In this document: positions 36,376 to 45,271 of the stretch, piece after piece
Numbering within the stretch: the first letter of the stretch is position 1
Layout: each line of letters starts with the position of its first letter
Source: Planctomycetota bacterium
GTDB taxonomy: Bacteria > Planctomycetota > MHYJ01 > WSZJ01
Assembly: GCA_038060895.1 (NCBI GenBank)
Contig: JBBTCT010000014.1
Location: forward strand, 1 to 64,000
Direction of reading: 5' to 3'
Length of the DNA stretch: 64,000 bases
Made by a program: the position numbers and the translations under genes
The notes under the pieces: generated by a model
What the model saw: only the letters and a program-made list of their open reading frames with translations
What the model was told of the DNA's origin: nothing
Database searches by the model: none

Positions 36376-36391
36376 TAAAGTAAGTACTTTA
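36376..36391. promoter_or_regulatory. Palindromic operator upstream of the Rieske gene
   Basis: TAAAGTA-ag-TACTTTA within an AT-rich patch. Confidence 0.55.
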
Positions 36392-36420
36392 TTAAATCAA
36401 AGCCCTGCGAACAGGCGCCG

Positions 36421-36545
36421 TATCCGCGGCTGTTTCCGCGAAATCAGCCTTTATCCGCGAATTCCTTCGCCGTTTTCAGGAAGTCTTTTTCAGGTAAACA
36501 GAATTCGCGGATGAAAGCGAATTACGCGGAAACTGCCGCGGATAA
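36421..36545. repeat. Inverted-repeat element, CCGCG family
   Basis: tatccgcggctgtttccgcgaaatcagcctttatccgcgaattc (36421-36464) / gaattcgcggatgaaagcgaattacgcggaaactgccgcggata (36501-36544). Confidence 0.8.
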
Positions 36546-36568
36546 GGCCCGGCCATCATCGCCGTCCT

Positions 36569-37831
36569 CTAGTTCCCCGGCAAATGCCCCAAAACCATCT
36601 TCCCGATCTTCTCCGCCCCGAGGACCGCCGCGTTCGCCTTCGCCGCCGCCGGCGATTTCTTCGCCGCCACCGCGAGATAGTGGAACACGACCTCCCGCTG
36701 GAAATCCTTGTCATGCACCAGCGACGGCGATTCCCCCGGGTGATCCCTCACGTCCCGCGCTCGCTTCGCAATCCGCTGCGCCAGCCAGTCCCCCTCGGTC
36801 CCCTTCGCAGCCGCTTCCATCGATTCCGCCGCCTTCTCGTACTCGCCATTCTCGGCGAGCCGTTCCCCCGTCAGGAACACCGCGACCGGGTTGTCCGGCC
36901 ATGCCTGGATCGACAGCGCAATCTCCCGGTCCGCGCTTTCGTTGTCCTTCTGCTGCAGATACATGAACCCGAGGGCGAGGTGGATGCCCGCGAGCAGCTC
37001 CGGACCGTACCCCGCCCCTGCTCCGCCTGCGATCGCCGGCGCGCGGTTGATTTCCTCGCCCGCCAGGAGCGGCATCCCCAGCCGCGAGAAAATGATCCCG
37101 CGCACGAGGTGGAACGCCGTCCGGTCGTCGTCGTTCGGCAGCTTCGCCGGATCCGCCATCTCCAGCTCCCACAGCGCCATGTCGTTCTTGCCCAGAATCA
37201 TGAACGCGATCGCCAGGTCCCGGCTCGCTTCCGGCGGCGGCGCCGCCGACATTCCGCGCACATCTGACGCAATTCCCGCCCAGTCCGGCTTGCCGTCCGG
37301 CAGCCGCGCCCGCCCGTTCGCCCGCGTCGCCAGCCCCGAGGCCACCCTCGCCGGCTCCCGGATCGACTCCGGCAGCTCTTCAATGTCCTTCCCCTTCGCC
37401 TGCTCCGCCGCCGCCGCCATCCCCGCACACGACGCCGACCACGCCACCTTCCGCGCCGCACGGTACGCCTTCGCCTTCAACCCGCTCCGAATCTCCTCCA
37501 GCCGCTTCTCCTCGTCCGCAAACCGCGCTTCCCGCCTCGCCTCCCGCGCCGCCGCCGCGCACTCCTGCCGCGACTTCTTCTCTTCCTCCGGCGCCGCCGC
37601 ATTCTTCGCAAGGATCTCGCCCGCCTTCTTCGAAGCGGCCTCGGCGTGAAGCGCCGCCGCGTCCGCCTGCTTCGGCTCCTTCGCCCAGCGCGCGGCCTTC
37701 GCCGCATCGCGGTCGCGTGCCGCAACATCACGAAGCGCGGGGATCGTGCCGGGAAGAGGCGCCTCCTTTTTGCCGCAGGCTGCAAAGAGTCCGGGAAGAA
37801 GGAGGAGCAACGGGATTGCGAAGCGCCTCAT
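36569..37831 (-). CDS. Hypothetical lipoprotein with coiled coil and TPR-like helices
   Basis: Lipobox FAAC-GKK; helical Ala/Lys/Glu-rich sequence; TPR-like C-terminus. Confidence 0.75.
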   Translation of the reverse strand: MRRFAIPLLLLLPGLFAACGKKEAPLPGTIPALRDVAARDRDAAKAARWAKEPKQADAAALHAEAASKKAGEILAKNAAAPEEEKKSRQECAAAAREARREARFADEEKRLEEIRSGLKAKAYRAARKVAWSASCAGMAAAAEQAKGKDIEELPESIREPARVASGLATRANGRARLPDGKPDWAGIASDVRGMSAAPPPEASRDLAIAFMILGKNDMALWELEMADPAKLPNDDDRTAFHLVRGIIFSRLGMPLLAGEEINRAPAIAGGAGAGYGPELLAGIHLALGFMYLQQKDNESADREIALSIQAWPDNPVAVFLTGERLAENGEYEKAAESMEAAAKGTEGDWLAQRIAKRARDVRDHPGESPSLVHDKDFQREVVFHYLAVAAKKSPAAAKANAAVLGAEKIGKMVLGHLPGN

Positions 37832-38631
37832 CGCGACTCCGGGATGGTCAATTCCTGCGTGGCGTTGTGTCCGAATCCCACGAGCGATTCCTCGGTCACT
37901 CCCGGATGGCCACCGCGTTCCGATCTCACCAATCCTCCCCATGAGGCCTGCACGTCGCGCCAGATCACGTCTTTCCGGAGCCACCAGAAATCAGGTCGTC
38001 GGAACGAGGGCACTTCAGCGGACCACCAGCTCGTTTCGACTTCGACCGGATTTCCAGTAATGGAATAGTCCCAGGTGGTCTCCAGAACGACTCTCTCACA
38101 GGCAACTTCCCTGGAGCCGACACTCTTCTTCTCCAGCCAGATCTCTCCCCTGCGCAACTTCACTTTTCGAGGGCCCCCGATGAGGCTCAACTCTTTCATG
38201 CGCTTTGCGCCCGCTTCCCGGTCAGCCTCACTGCGCGGCGCGGGATGCTCGACCTTGACCGGGTGCCCCGTCTTGCCGGGACGGCCGATCCAGCAGTCCT
38301 TCACATGCTTTCCCGGTTTCGAGAGCCACGCCAGCAGAACCCACCCGGCCAGACCGTCACCGTCCGAGGCTGTCTGGACCAGGTACCCGTCTTCCGCGGA
38401 CTTGAGCAAGGCGGTCCGGCATCGGATGGCCGGCTTCCCGTCCTTGGCAGCCACTTCGTATTCCACCCAGTCTCCCGGCTTGACGTTTTCAAGGGAAAGG
38501 TCCGACCAATGAGACTCCTTGATCGCGACGGGGGGCGGATCGTCCGCAGGACTGCATGCAGCCGTGCCGAAGGTGGCGAGAGCCGCTGCAAATAGACCCG
38601 ACCACGAGTGCGCGCGTTTGCAGGAGATCAT
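37828..38631 (-). CDS. Hypothetical lipoprotein
   Basis: TAAC lipobox; KPGDWVEY; stop overlaps the next start (ATGA). Confidence 0.65.
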   Translation of the reverse strand: MISCKRAHSWSGLFAAALATFGTAACSPADDPPPVAIKESHWSDLSLENVKPGDWVEYEVAAKDGKPAIRCRTALLKSAEDGYLVQTASDGDGLAGWVLLAWLSKPGKHVKDCWIGRPGKTGHPVKVEHPAPRSEADREAGAKRMKELSLIGGPRKVKLRRGEIWLEKKSVGSREVACERVVLETTWDYSITGNPVEVETSWWSAEVPSFRRPDFWWLRKDVIWRDVQASWGGLVRSERGGHPGVTEESLVGFGHNATQELTIPESR

Positions 38632-38837
38632 CGGTGCATTGTGACCCGGGCCGGACGCGTCATGGAAGCGCTGTTCGCGGGCGATCTCTGGCGCGAGCAT
38701 GCGGGCGGGATTCGAGGAGCACAGGGGCGTTCTTCTCTTCGTGCGAAAACCGTAAGTGCCCGAACGGACCCGGCGACCGTAGAATCCCCGGCTTGCGTCC
38801 CCCACCCGACCGCATCGCCCGCATCACCGTATCCGCC

Positions 38838-39236
38838 GTGCAGCCGCTCTTCGGCGGCTGGTCGCTCTGGATCCGCGGCGACGGCGCGGCGGCGGCATTC
38901 CGCGTCTCCCGGGGATGCCTTCTCTCGACGAGGCACGACGCGAAAGTATCGGAGCCGGTGCTGCGGCGGATCGAAGCGATGCTGGCCGAGACGAAATTCT
39001 GGGAGCTGCCTCCCCCGACGCTGAAGGCAGCGCCGATGCCGGACGAAACCTGGATTGAGATCGGCGCCAAGGCCCAGAGCGGGATCCAGGCCTCGGTAGG
39101 GAAGTTCGCGCGGCAGAAGAGCGAGAAGTTCGACCCGGTCCTGAAGGAGCTGGAAGGGATTGCGGCGCAGGCGTGGGCGGGGCCGAGGGTGTCGGAGGGG
39201 AAATACGATCCTTACGAGATTCCAGCGGGCTTCTGA
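38838..39236 (+). CDS. Hypothetical protein (start uncertain)
   Basis: Coding-like 3' part of ORF 38556-39236 (QPLFGGWSLWIRGDG...PMPDET). Confidence 0.45.
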   Translation: MQPLFGGWSLWIRGDGAAAAFRVSRGCLLSTRHDAKVSEPVLRRIEAMLAETKFWELPPPTLKAAPMPDETWIEIGAKAQSGIQASVGKFARQKSEKFDPVLKELEGIAAQAWAGPRVSEGKYDPYEIPAGF

Positions 39237-39238
39237 AG

Positions 39239-39901
39239 TTGCCCGCGGATCCGAGCGAAGGCTGGACGCCGGGCCGCAAGATTGCGGAATTGGTCAGGCT
39301 TGGGCGAAACCTGCGCTATTGGATCGGAGTACCAGTGGCGAAGCCTGCTCGCTGGAGCGAGGTTTACCGCGTTGACGCCGACGAAGTCTCAACAATTTCG
39401 GGAGAGCAGTGTCCTCTGCACGAAGTCAGGGCGTGGTTCTCGGCCACTCCGGACAACGAATTGTTCGAGATCGAAGGCGATTTACCGCTTCTGCCCGGAA
39501 TCCACGGGCTTGTCCGGCACCAGCTTCCGGAACCGGAAAGGGTGACTGAGGCCGAATTGCGAAAGGGCAGATCTCTGGTCCTCGTGACGCATGGCCCCTG
39601 TGCTCTGCCGTGGCGCGACGCGCGACACTTTTCTACGCAGCTCCTGAACGTCGGCCAGGAAGCCTTTACCGTAACCAGCTTCAGTGCCTACGCCAGGCAG
39701 CGCCCCGGGATCTACTGGACCACCATGCGTTTCTCCGCAACGCAGTTTCGCGCGTGGTATGACCTGGGTATCGAGGAGTGGATTGCGCCGGGAGCGCGTG
39801 TGTGGGATCCCGCAAATTATTCCGATCGCGCCACTCTCTGGGCGTATCGATGCGAAACTCGCGGAGGTCTGAATTTCGTGACCGGTGAGGTCTCCGCGTA
39901 A
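39239..39901 (+). CDS. Hypothetical protein (start uncertain)
   Basis: Trp-rich open frame filling the gap; lower GC. Confidence 0.45.
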   Translation: MPADPSEGWTPGRKIAELVRLGRNLRYWIGVPVAKPARWSEVYRVDADEVSTISGEQCPLHEVRAWFSATPDNELFEIEGDLPLLPGIHGLVRHQLPEPERVTEAELRKGRSLVLVTHGPCALPWRDARHFSTQLLNVGQEAFTVTSFSAYARQRPGIYWTTMRFSATQFRAWYDLGIEEWIAPGARVWDPANYSDRATLWAYRCETRGGLNFVTGEVSA

Positions 39902-39909
39902 ACGAGGCG

Positions 39910-40893
39910 TCACTTCGAGGCGGCCTTCGCTTCTTCCAGCGCTGCGACGATCCTCGCTTCGGCCTCGCTCCCCGCGAACCGCGTCTTCGCTTTCGCGAGC
40001 AGGTCAGCGGTCTTCTTCGCGTCTCCCGCCGCCTTCGCGTCCGCGATCGCCTTGTCCGCCGCTTCGTCGATCAACTTTGCGACGAGCTCTCCGCGGCTCT
40101 TCGCGTAGGCGCTCTTCGCTCCCGCGAGTTTTTTCAGCGCCGCGCCCGCTTTGCCGTACTGCTTTGCTTCCACGAGCGCGCGGGCGCCCTGGAGCAGGCC
40201 GAGGCAATCCGCCGGGACCAGGCTTTCCATCCACTCGAACTGCTGCTTCCACGCTTCCGCCGGCGGGTTGTGGGGCCAGTCTGGGGGTTCGTCGAAGGTC
40301 ACGTCCATGCCCGCCTTCTTCATGTCCTCGACCGATTTCTTCGACTGGGCGTGGTTGAAATCCTTGCCGCCGCTGACGACGCGAAAGGGCGTCTTGAGCA
40401 TCTTGCGCGCCATGTCCTCGCTGATCAGGCAGCCGCTGACCGGGGCGCCGGCCGTGAACGTCTCGGGGTGGTCGGTGCAGAGGTGGCAGGTCACGAACCC
40501 GCCCGCCGAGTGGCCTGAAACGTACACCCGGTCGCGGTCGATCGAATACGTCGCCAGCACTTCGTTCGCGATCTCAACGATCCGCTTCATGTCTTCGTCG
40601 TCGTATCCCTGCGGATCCTTCGATGCCGGCAGGCACAGGATGTACCCCTTGTTCTTCGCGGCCGCGTAGTTCGACTCGTAGCTCTCCGGCCGGCCACCGG
40701 AGCCGTGGAACATGAAGATGATCCCGTACTTCTGCGCCGGCGAGTACTTCCCCGGCGCGTCGAGGATGTAGTAGCTCGGTCCGAACTCGATCTTCTGGCG
40801 CCCGCCCTTTGCCGGAGGCGGCTTGCGCGCGGCGCCCTGGGCGGCGGCGGGCAGGGCGAGGGCAAGGGCAAGGGCAAGGGAGAGAGCTCGCAT
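39910..40893 (-). CDS. Secreted alpha/beta hydrolase (PHB depolymerase/carboxylesterase-like)
   Basis: FHGSGG, IDRDRVYVSGHSAGG, GGKD, WPH; signal peptide encoded by (GGGCAA)n. Confidence 0.85.
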   Translation of the reverse strand: MRALSLALALALALPAAAQGAARKPPPAKGGRQKIEFGPSYYILDAPGKYSPAQKYGIIFMFHGSGGRPESYESNYAAAKNKGYILCLPASKDPQGYDDEDMKRIVEIANEVLATYSIDRDRVYVSGHSAGGFVTCHLCTDHPETFTAGAPVSGCLISEDMARKMLKTPFRVVSGGKDFNHAQSKKSVEDMKKAGMDVTFDEPPDWPHNPPAEAWKQQFEWMESLVPADCLGLLQGARALVEAKQYGKAGAALKKLAGAKSAYAKSRGELVAKLIDEAADKAIADAKAAGDAKKTADLLAKAKTRFAGSEAEARIVAALEEAKAASK

Positions 40894-40989
40894 GGGGGAG
40901 CATTCTGGCAGAGGCGACTTGAGAGCGGAAGCGCCTCGAAATCGAAAGCGAAGCCGATAGAATGCCCCTTTCACTCAAGGAGAATCGCG

Positions 40990-42285
40990 ATGCGCCTGCT
41001 CGCGCCGCTTGTTGCGTTCCTGCTCATCTCCGCCCCGCTTGTTCGCGCCGACGACGTCGCGGCCGACCAGCTTGCCGCGCCTTTCACGGCCGAAGCCGGT
41101 GGGAAGCCGATCGATCTCGCCGACGGGGTGGGGCATTCGGCGCCGCTGTTCGTGGACTGGGACGGCGACGGGCTGAGGGATCTGCTGGTCGGGCAGTTCG
41201 GCGGCGGAAAGCTGCGGATCTACCGCAACACGGGAAAGAAGGAAGCGCCCGCGTTCGACAAATTCGAGTGGTTCCAGGCGGCCGGCAAGGACGGCGTCGT
41301 CGAAACGGGCTGATGCGTCGGCTTCGGTCCGCAGGTTGCGGACCTGGACGGCGACGGGCTGCGCGAGGTCTTGACGGGATCCTGGCCGGGCCCGGTGTTT
41401 GTTTTTCGAAGGCTCAAGGACGGCGCCTTCGCCGCAGTCGAGAGGCTGAAAGACACGGAAGGGAATGACTACCGGTTCGAGAACGTGAACGCTTCTTCCG
41501 TCGGCGCGGCCGACTGGGACTGCGACGGCGACGTGGACCTGGTGGTCGGGTACATCTCGGGGCCGATGTTCATCCTCAAGAACGAGAGCAAGGACGGCAA
41601 AGTCGCCTTCGGCGACGCCCTCCCGCTCATGGCGAACGGCAAGAAAGTCGAAGCCACCGACGCCGGCCCGTGCCTCGCGGACTGGGACGGCGACGGCATC
41701 GAAGACCTCATCCTGGGCGACGGCGAGGGCGGCGTGCGCCTCTTCCGCGCCCGTCGCAAGGGCGACAAGGGCTTCCCCGAACTCGGGGCGGAAGAGTGGC
41801 TGATTGCGCCGCGTCCCGCGAACGACCAGTGGACGCCGCTCAAGGCCGACAAGGACGGTCACATCGAGAAGCCGCGCATCGGCGTCCGCACGAAGCCGTC
41901 CGTCGGCGACTGGAACGGCGACGGCAAGCCGGACCTGCTCGTCGGCGATTACTCTTCCGTCGAAATGCCGGCGCGCGAGCTGACGGCCGAGGACCAGGCG
42001 AAGCTCAAGATCCTGAAGACGAAGGAAGACGCGCTTCTCGAGGAGAGCACGAAGGTGTGGGAAGCGATGGAAAAGGAAGTCTTCCGGCAGATGGGGCTCG
42101 CCGCGGATGCAGAGGTCCCCGCTGCACGGAAGGCGGAGTACGACAAGTTGTGGGAGAAAGTCGCCGCGACGAACCCCGATAACGTGAGAATCGAGAACGA
42201 AATGGGCGAGACGATGGATGCGATCGCCCTGTACGAGTCGCGGCGCGGGTCCCGCGGGTTCGTGTGGGTCTACTTGCGGAAATAA
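40990..42285 (+). CDS. Secreted FG-GAP/VCBS repeat protein, putative selenoprotein (Sec108 in U-C motif)
   Basis: ORFs ending at 41313 and resuming at 41314 share one frame; TGA 41311-41313 is followed by C-VGFGPQVADLDGDG, which continues the DWDGDG repeats; SECIS-like hairpin follows. Confidence 0.8.
41311..41356 (+). promoter_or_regulatory. Bacterial SECIS-like element
   Basis: UGA + 12 nt + GGUCCGCA-GGU-UGCGGACC (41326-41344); lower CGUCG/CGACG pairing. Confidence 0.7.
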
Positions 42286-42370
42286 TCCGGATTTCCGGGA
42301 AGAAGATCGCCGCTTCAACGCACTCCTCCTTCAGAACCCCGCGAAGTGCGGGCTATGATTCGGAGGAGCG

Positions 42371-44539
42371 ATGAAGCCCTGCACCGACCTCGTCCAGCGA
42401 GCCCAAAGCGACCGCACGCCTGAGTCCTTGGGCGCCCTCGTTTCGGCCACGCAGGCTGATGTGTTCCATTTTCTCTGCCGACAGTTGCGCCACGCCGCCG
42501 ACGCCGAGGACGCAACTCAGGAAACGTTCCGGCAGGTTCTGCGCGCTCTTCCGTCTCTTCGCGACCCCGCGGCCTTCCCCGGCTGGATCCACCGCATCGC
42601 CCTGCGCTCGGCGCAGGACGTCGTGCGGGGACGGGCCGCGCGGAAGCGGCTCGCCGCGGAACTGCCGGGGCGCGCGAACACGGAGGGGGCGGCGATGAGC
42701 GAAGCGGAGAGGGCGGAGACACGGTTGGCGGTGCGAGGGGCGGTCGAGGAGCTCGACGAAGAGCTGCGGACGACGGTCGTCCTGCGCTACGAGCAGGGCC
42801 TGTCGTACGGCGAGATCGCGGAGGCGATGGAATGCCCCGAGGGGACGGTGGGGAAGCGGCTGCACAGGGCGCACGAACGCCTTCGGGTTGCGCTCGCGGG
42901 GGCGGCCATCGCGCTGACATTGGTGGCCGTGGAGACGGAGCTGTCGGCTGAGCCTCGTGTCGAAACGCCCGTCAGGCTGAAAGAGTCCCTGACGCGAATG
43001 TCGCGCGGAGAGATTCCGGTCGCGCACTCGAAGCGCGCACTGGTTCAGCGACTCCTCGTCGTCGTGCTGGCCGTTGCAGCGCTGTTCCTCGTCCTCTGGC
43101 GATTCGGCTTTCCCGTTCGCCGGCCGGCGGGAGATGGAGGAAGCGCGGACAACCGCGTTGCTTCGGCTCTTCCGGGAAATGCCGGTACCGCGAAGTCATC
43201 TCTCACGGAGAGTCCTTCCGGCGGCGTCGAGAACGGGAATTCTCCCGCGGCCACGGCGGTTTCCGCTTGCCGAGTGACCGGGCAGGTTCGCGAAGCCGCG
43301 TCGGGCGAGACGATCGCCGGGGCCCGCGTCTGGCTGGTCACCGCGGACGCGCCGGCACGCATCATTGTTGAGACGAAGACTGATGCCCTGGGGAACTACG
43401 GATTCGAGGTGCCGCCCGGGAATTGGTTGATCGACGTAGCGGCCGAGGGATTCGTGCGCCTGCAGACCGCGATCGTTTTCGAGCGGCAACTTGCCTTGCT
43501 AGAGCATGAAGCGAGGGCAGCACATGATCACCACGAACGAGCCGTGACCCGCGGGCGAGTGACGACAACTGCGGGTGAGAATACGAGGGTCGACCTCGAA
43601 GTTCCGAAGGCCGTGGCTGCTCGAGGCATCGTCTCGGATGAAGACGGAGTACCGGTCGAGGATGCGGTCGTCGCTTTCGAGATGCACGGCGTGGAACTTC
43701 CGGATGGCGGTTTCTGGTACAGCTACGGCAATGACGACCGCCCCAAATCGGTGCGGACCGATTCAGCGGGTTCCTTCATGCTGACGGGCCTTCTCGGCAT
43801 GGGGGAAGTAGAACTCAACGTGAACCGAATTGGATTCCAGCCGACCAAAGTCAAGGTGTCGCTCGGTCCACTCGGCGCCGACGCGTCTATCGCGCTGCGG
43901 CGCGGCATCGGAATCTCCGGGATCGTAGTCGACACGGAAGGACACCCGGTGTCCGGCGCGTGCATCCTTCTCGCGGAGGGAGACTCCTCAAAAGTCCGAC
44001 TTCTCGTTGTCCAGGAGACGCGCGCCGACGCCGGCGGGCGCTTCAGCATTCCCGACGCCCCTAGCGGGACCTCCGCGATCGTTGCCGCAGCCTCCGGATT
44101 CGGCTGGACCGCCGCCGCGCCGGACGTAGGAGGCGCTTCCCTCACTCTCGTCCTGCCGCGCGCTACCGGCATCCTTCGCGGCGCTATCCGCGACGAGAAT
44201 GGAAAGCTCCTGCCCGGAGTGGAAGTCCGCGTGGAGGGCTATTTCGGGCAATCCGCGGCGGGCGCTGGGCTGATCAACACTGTTGATGAGCACGGCGGAA
44301 GCTGGACCTCGCCGAAGCCCGGTGAAATGAGTGGAGTCCTGCCGCGGGAATTGCGGATGCCCTTCGCCCGGACCGATGAGAAGGGCGAATTCAGTCTCGA
44401 TGCTGTCTGTCTCAGTGGAGGCATGATGCCTCACTTGTCCATCGAGGCCGATGGATTCCGGTCGAAGCGCATAGAGGCGACGACTTCCACATTCCTGGAA
44501 ATCCTGCTGGAACGAGAGTCGGGCGAACACTCGAAGTAA
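42371..44539 (+). CDS. ECF sigma factor with TM helix and carboxypeptidase-regulatory-like (Ig) extension, paralogue 1
   Basis: DAEDATQETF, FPGWIHRIA, LSYGEIAEAMECPEGTV, TM, repeated G.V.D..G.PV.GA / TDA.GRF motifs. Confidence 0.88.
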   Translation: MKPCTDLVQRAQSDRTPESLGALVSATQADVFHFLCRQLRHAADAEDATQETFRQVLRALPSLRDPAAFPGWIHRIALRSAQDVVRGRAARKRLAAELPGRANTEGAAMSEAERAETRLAVRGAVEELDEELRTTVVLRYEQGLSYGEIAEAMECPEGTVGKRLHRAHERLRVALAGAAIALTLVAVETELSAEPRVETPVRLKESLTRMSRGEIPVAHSKRALVQRLLVVVLAVAALFLVLWRFGFPVRRPAGDGGSADNRVASALPGNAGTAKSSLTESPSGGVENGNSPAATAVSACRVTGQVREAASGETIAGARVWLVTADAPARIIVETKTDALGNYGFEVPPGNWLIDVAAEGFVRLQTAIVFERQLALLEHEARAAHDHHERAVTRGRVTTTAGENTRVDLEVPKAVAARGIVSDEDGVPVEDAVVAFEMHGVELPDGGFWYSYGNDDRPKSVRTDSAGSFMLTGLLGMGEVELNVNRIGFQPTKVKVSLGPLGADASIALRRGIGISGIVVDTEGHPVSGACILLAEGDSSKVRLLVVQETRADAGGRFSIPDAPSGTSAIVAAASGFGWTAAAPDVGGASLTLVLPRATGILRGAIRDENGKLLPGVEVRVEGYFGQSAAGAGLINTVDEHGGSWTSPKPGEMSGVLPRELRMPFARTDEKGEFSLDAVCLSGGMMPHLSIEADGFRSKRIEATTSTFLEILLERESGEHSK

Positions 44540-44551
44540 CTCGCGTCTTCC

Positions 44552-45106
44552 CTACTTCCCCGAGCGGGTCTTGCGATCCGCGAGTCCCGCCGGGGCGCAG
44601 TCGAACGCATGGTTGAAGCGCGCCGAGAAGTTTTCGAGCGCGATCGCGCCCGCGAGCTCGACCATCGCCACGTCGCCGAACGCGTTCTTCAGCTCTGCAA
44701 AGGTCGCTTCGTCCGCGTGCGCCGGCGTGTCCGTCATCCCGTCGGCAAACCGGAGCGCCGCGCGTTCGAGCGGCGCGAGCGCGGCGGCCTGCGGCCCTTC
44801 GCGCACCGCTGCGATCTTCGCATCCGATAGTTTCGCCTCCCGGGCGAAGTAGGTCGTGATGTCCATTCAGAAGGGACAGCCGACGCGGATGGCAACGCGG
44901 GCCATCGCGAGCGACTTCAGCTCGAGGGGCAGCTTGCGCGGCTTCTCGACTGCCCGCAGCACTTTCCCGAACGCCATCATCAGCCGCGGGACGAGCGCGT
45001 AGATCCGCGTCGGCTCCAGCACCTGCCCCCAGATCGAGCGCAGGCGCCAGAACGCCAGCCTGACAATGAGCGGACCATGGCCGTCCTGCACTCCCGGAAT
45101 TCGCAT
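44552..45106 (-). CDS. Carboxymuconolactone decarboxylase/AhpD-like protein, putative selenoprotein (CPFU, Sec80)
   Basis: ORF 44867-45106 ends RVGCPF-TGA and ORF 44552-44866 continues in frame MDI...ERAALRFADGMT...ENFSARFN; together they make one CMD domain. Confidence 0.85.
44821..44869 (-). promoter_or_regulatory. Bacterial SECIS-like element
   Basis: UGA + 18 nt + UUCGCC-CGGGA-GGCGAA (44848-44832); lower CAUC-A-CGA / UCG-GAUG pairing. Confidence 0.6.
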
Positions 45107-45216
45107 CGCGACTCTCCAAGTGTCGGAACCAGCCGAGTTTAGACAAATGTCGAATTCCGCGCAGGATTCCGGAATTCTCCAAGAAATGGCGATTGCCCTT
45201 CTCTATTCTCGTGGAA

Positions 45217-45246
45217 GCCCTTCGCCTCGCTTCGCTCGCTCAGGGC
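45217..45246. repeat. REP-like palindrome, copy 2
   Basis: gcccttcgcctcgcttcgctcgctcagggc; inverted near-copy of 22971-23000. Confidence 0.75.
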
Positions 45247-45271
45247 GGAGCCGACAGTTGAGAGATGAGAC

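Noticed and set aside
39234-39545. Possible third UGA readthrough (GF-TGA-SC...)
   Set aside because: No recognisable domain continuity or SECIS-like stem, and a different frame carries the more plausible downstream gene.
41311-44869. Genome-wide UGA reassignment (Trp/Gly) as the explanation for the two in-frame TGAs
   Set aside because: Many genes here end in TGA, including ATGA-coupled pairs (11353, 52183, 32804), and Trp is encoded by TGG.
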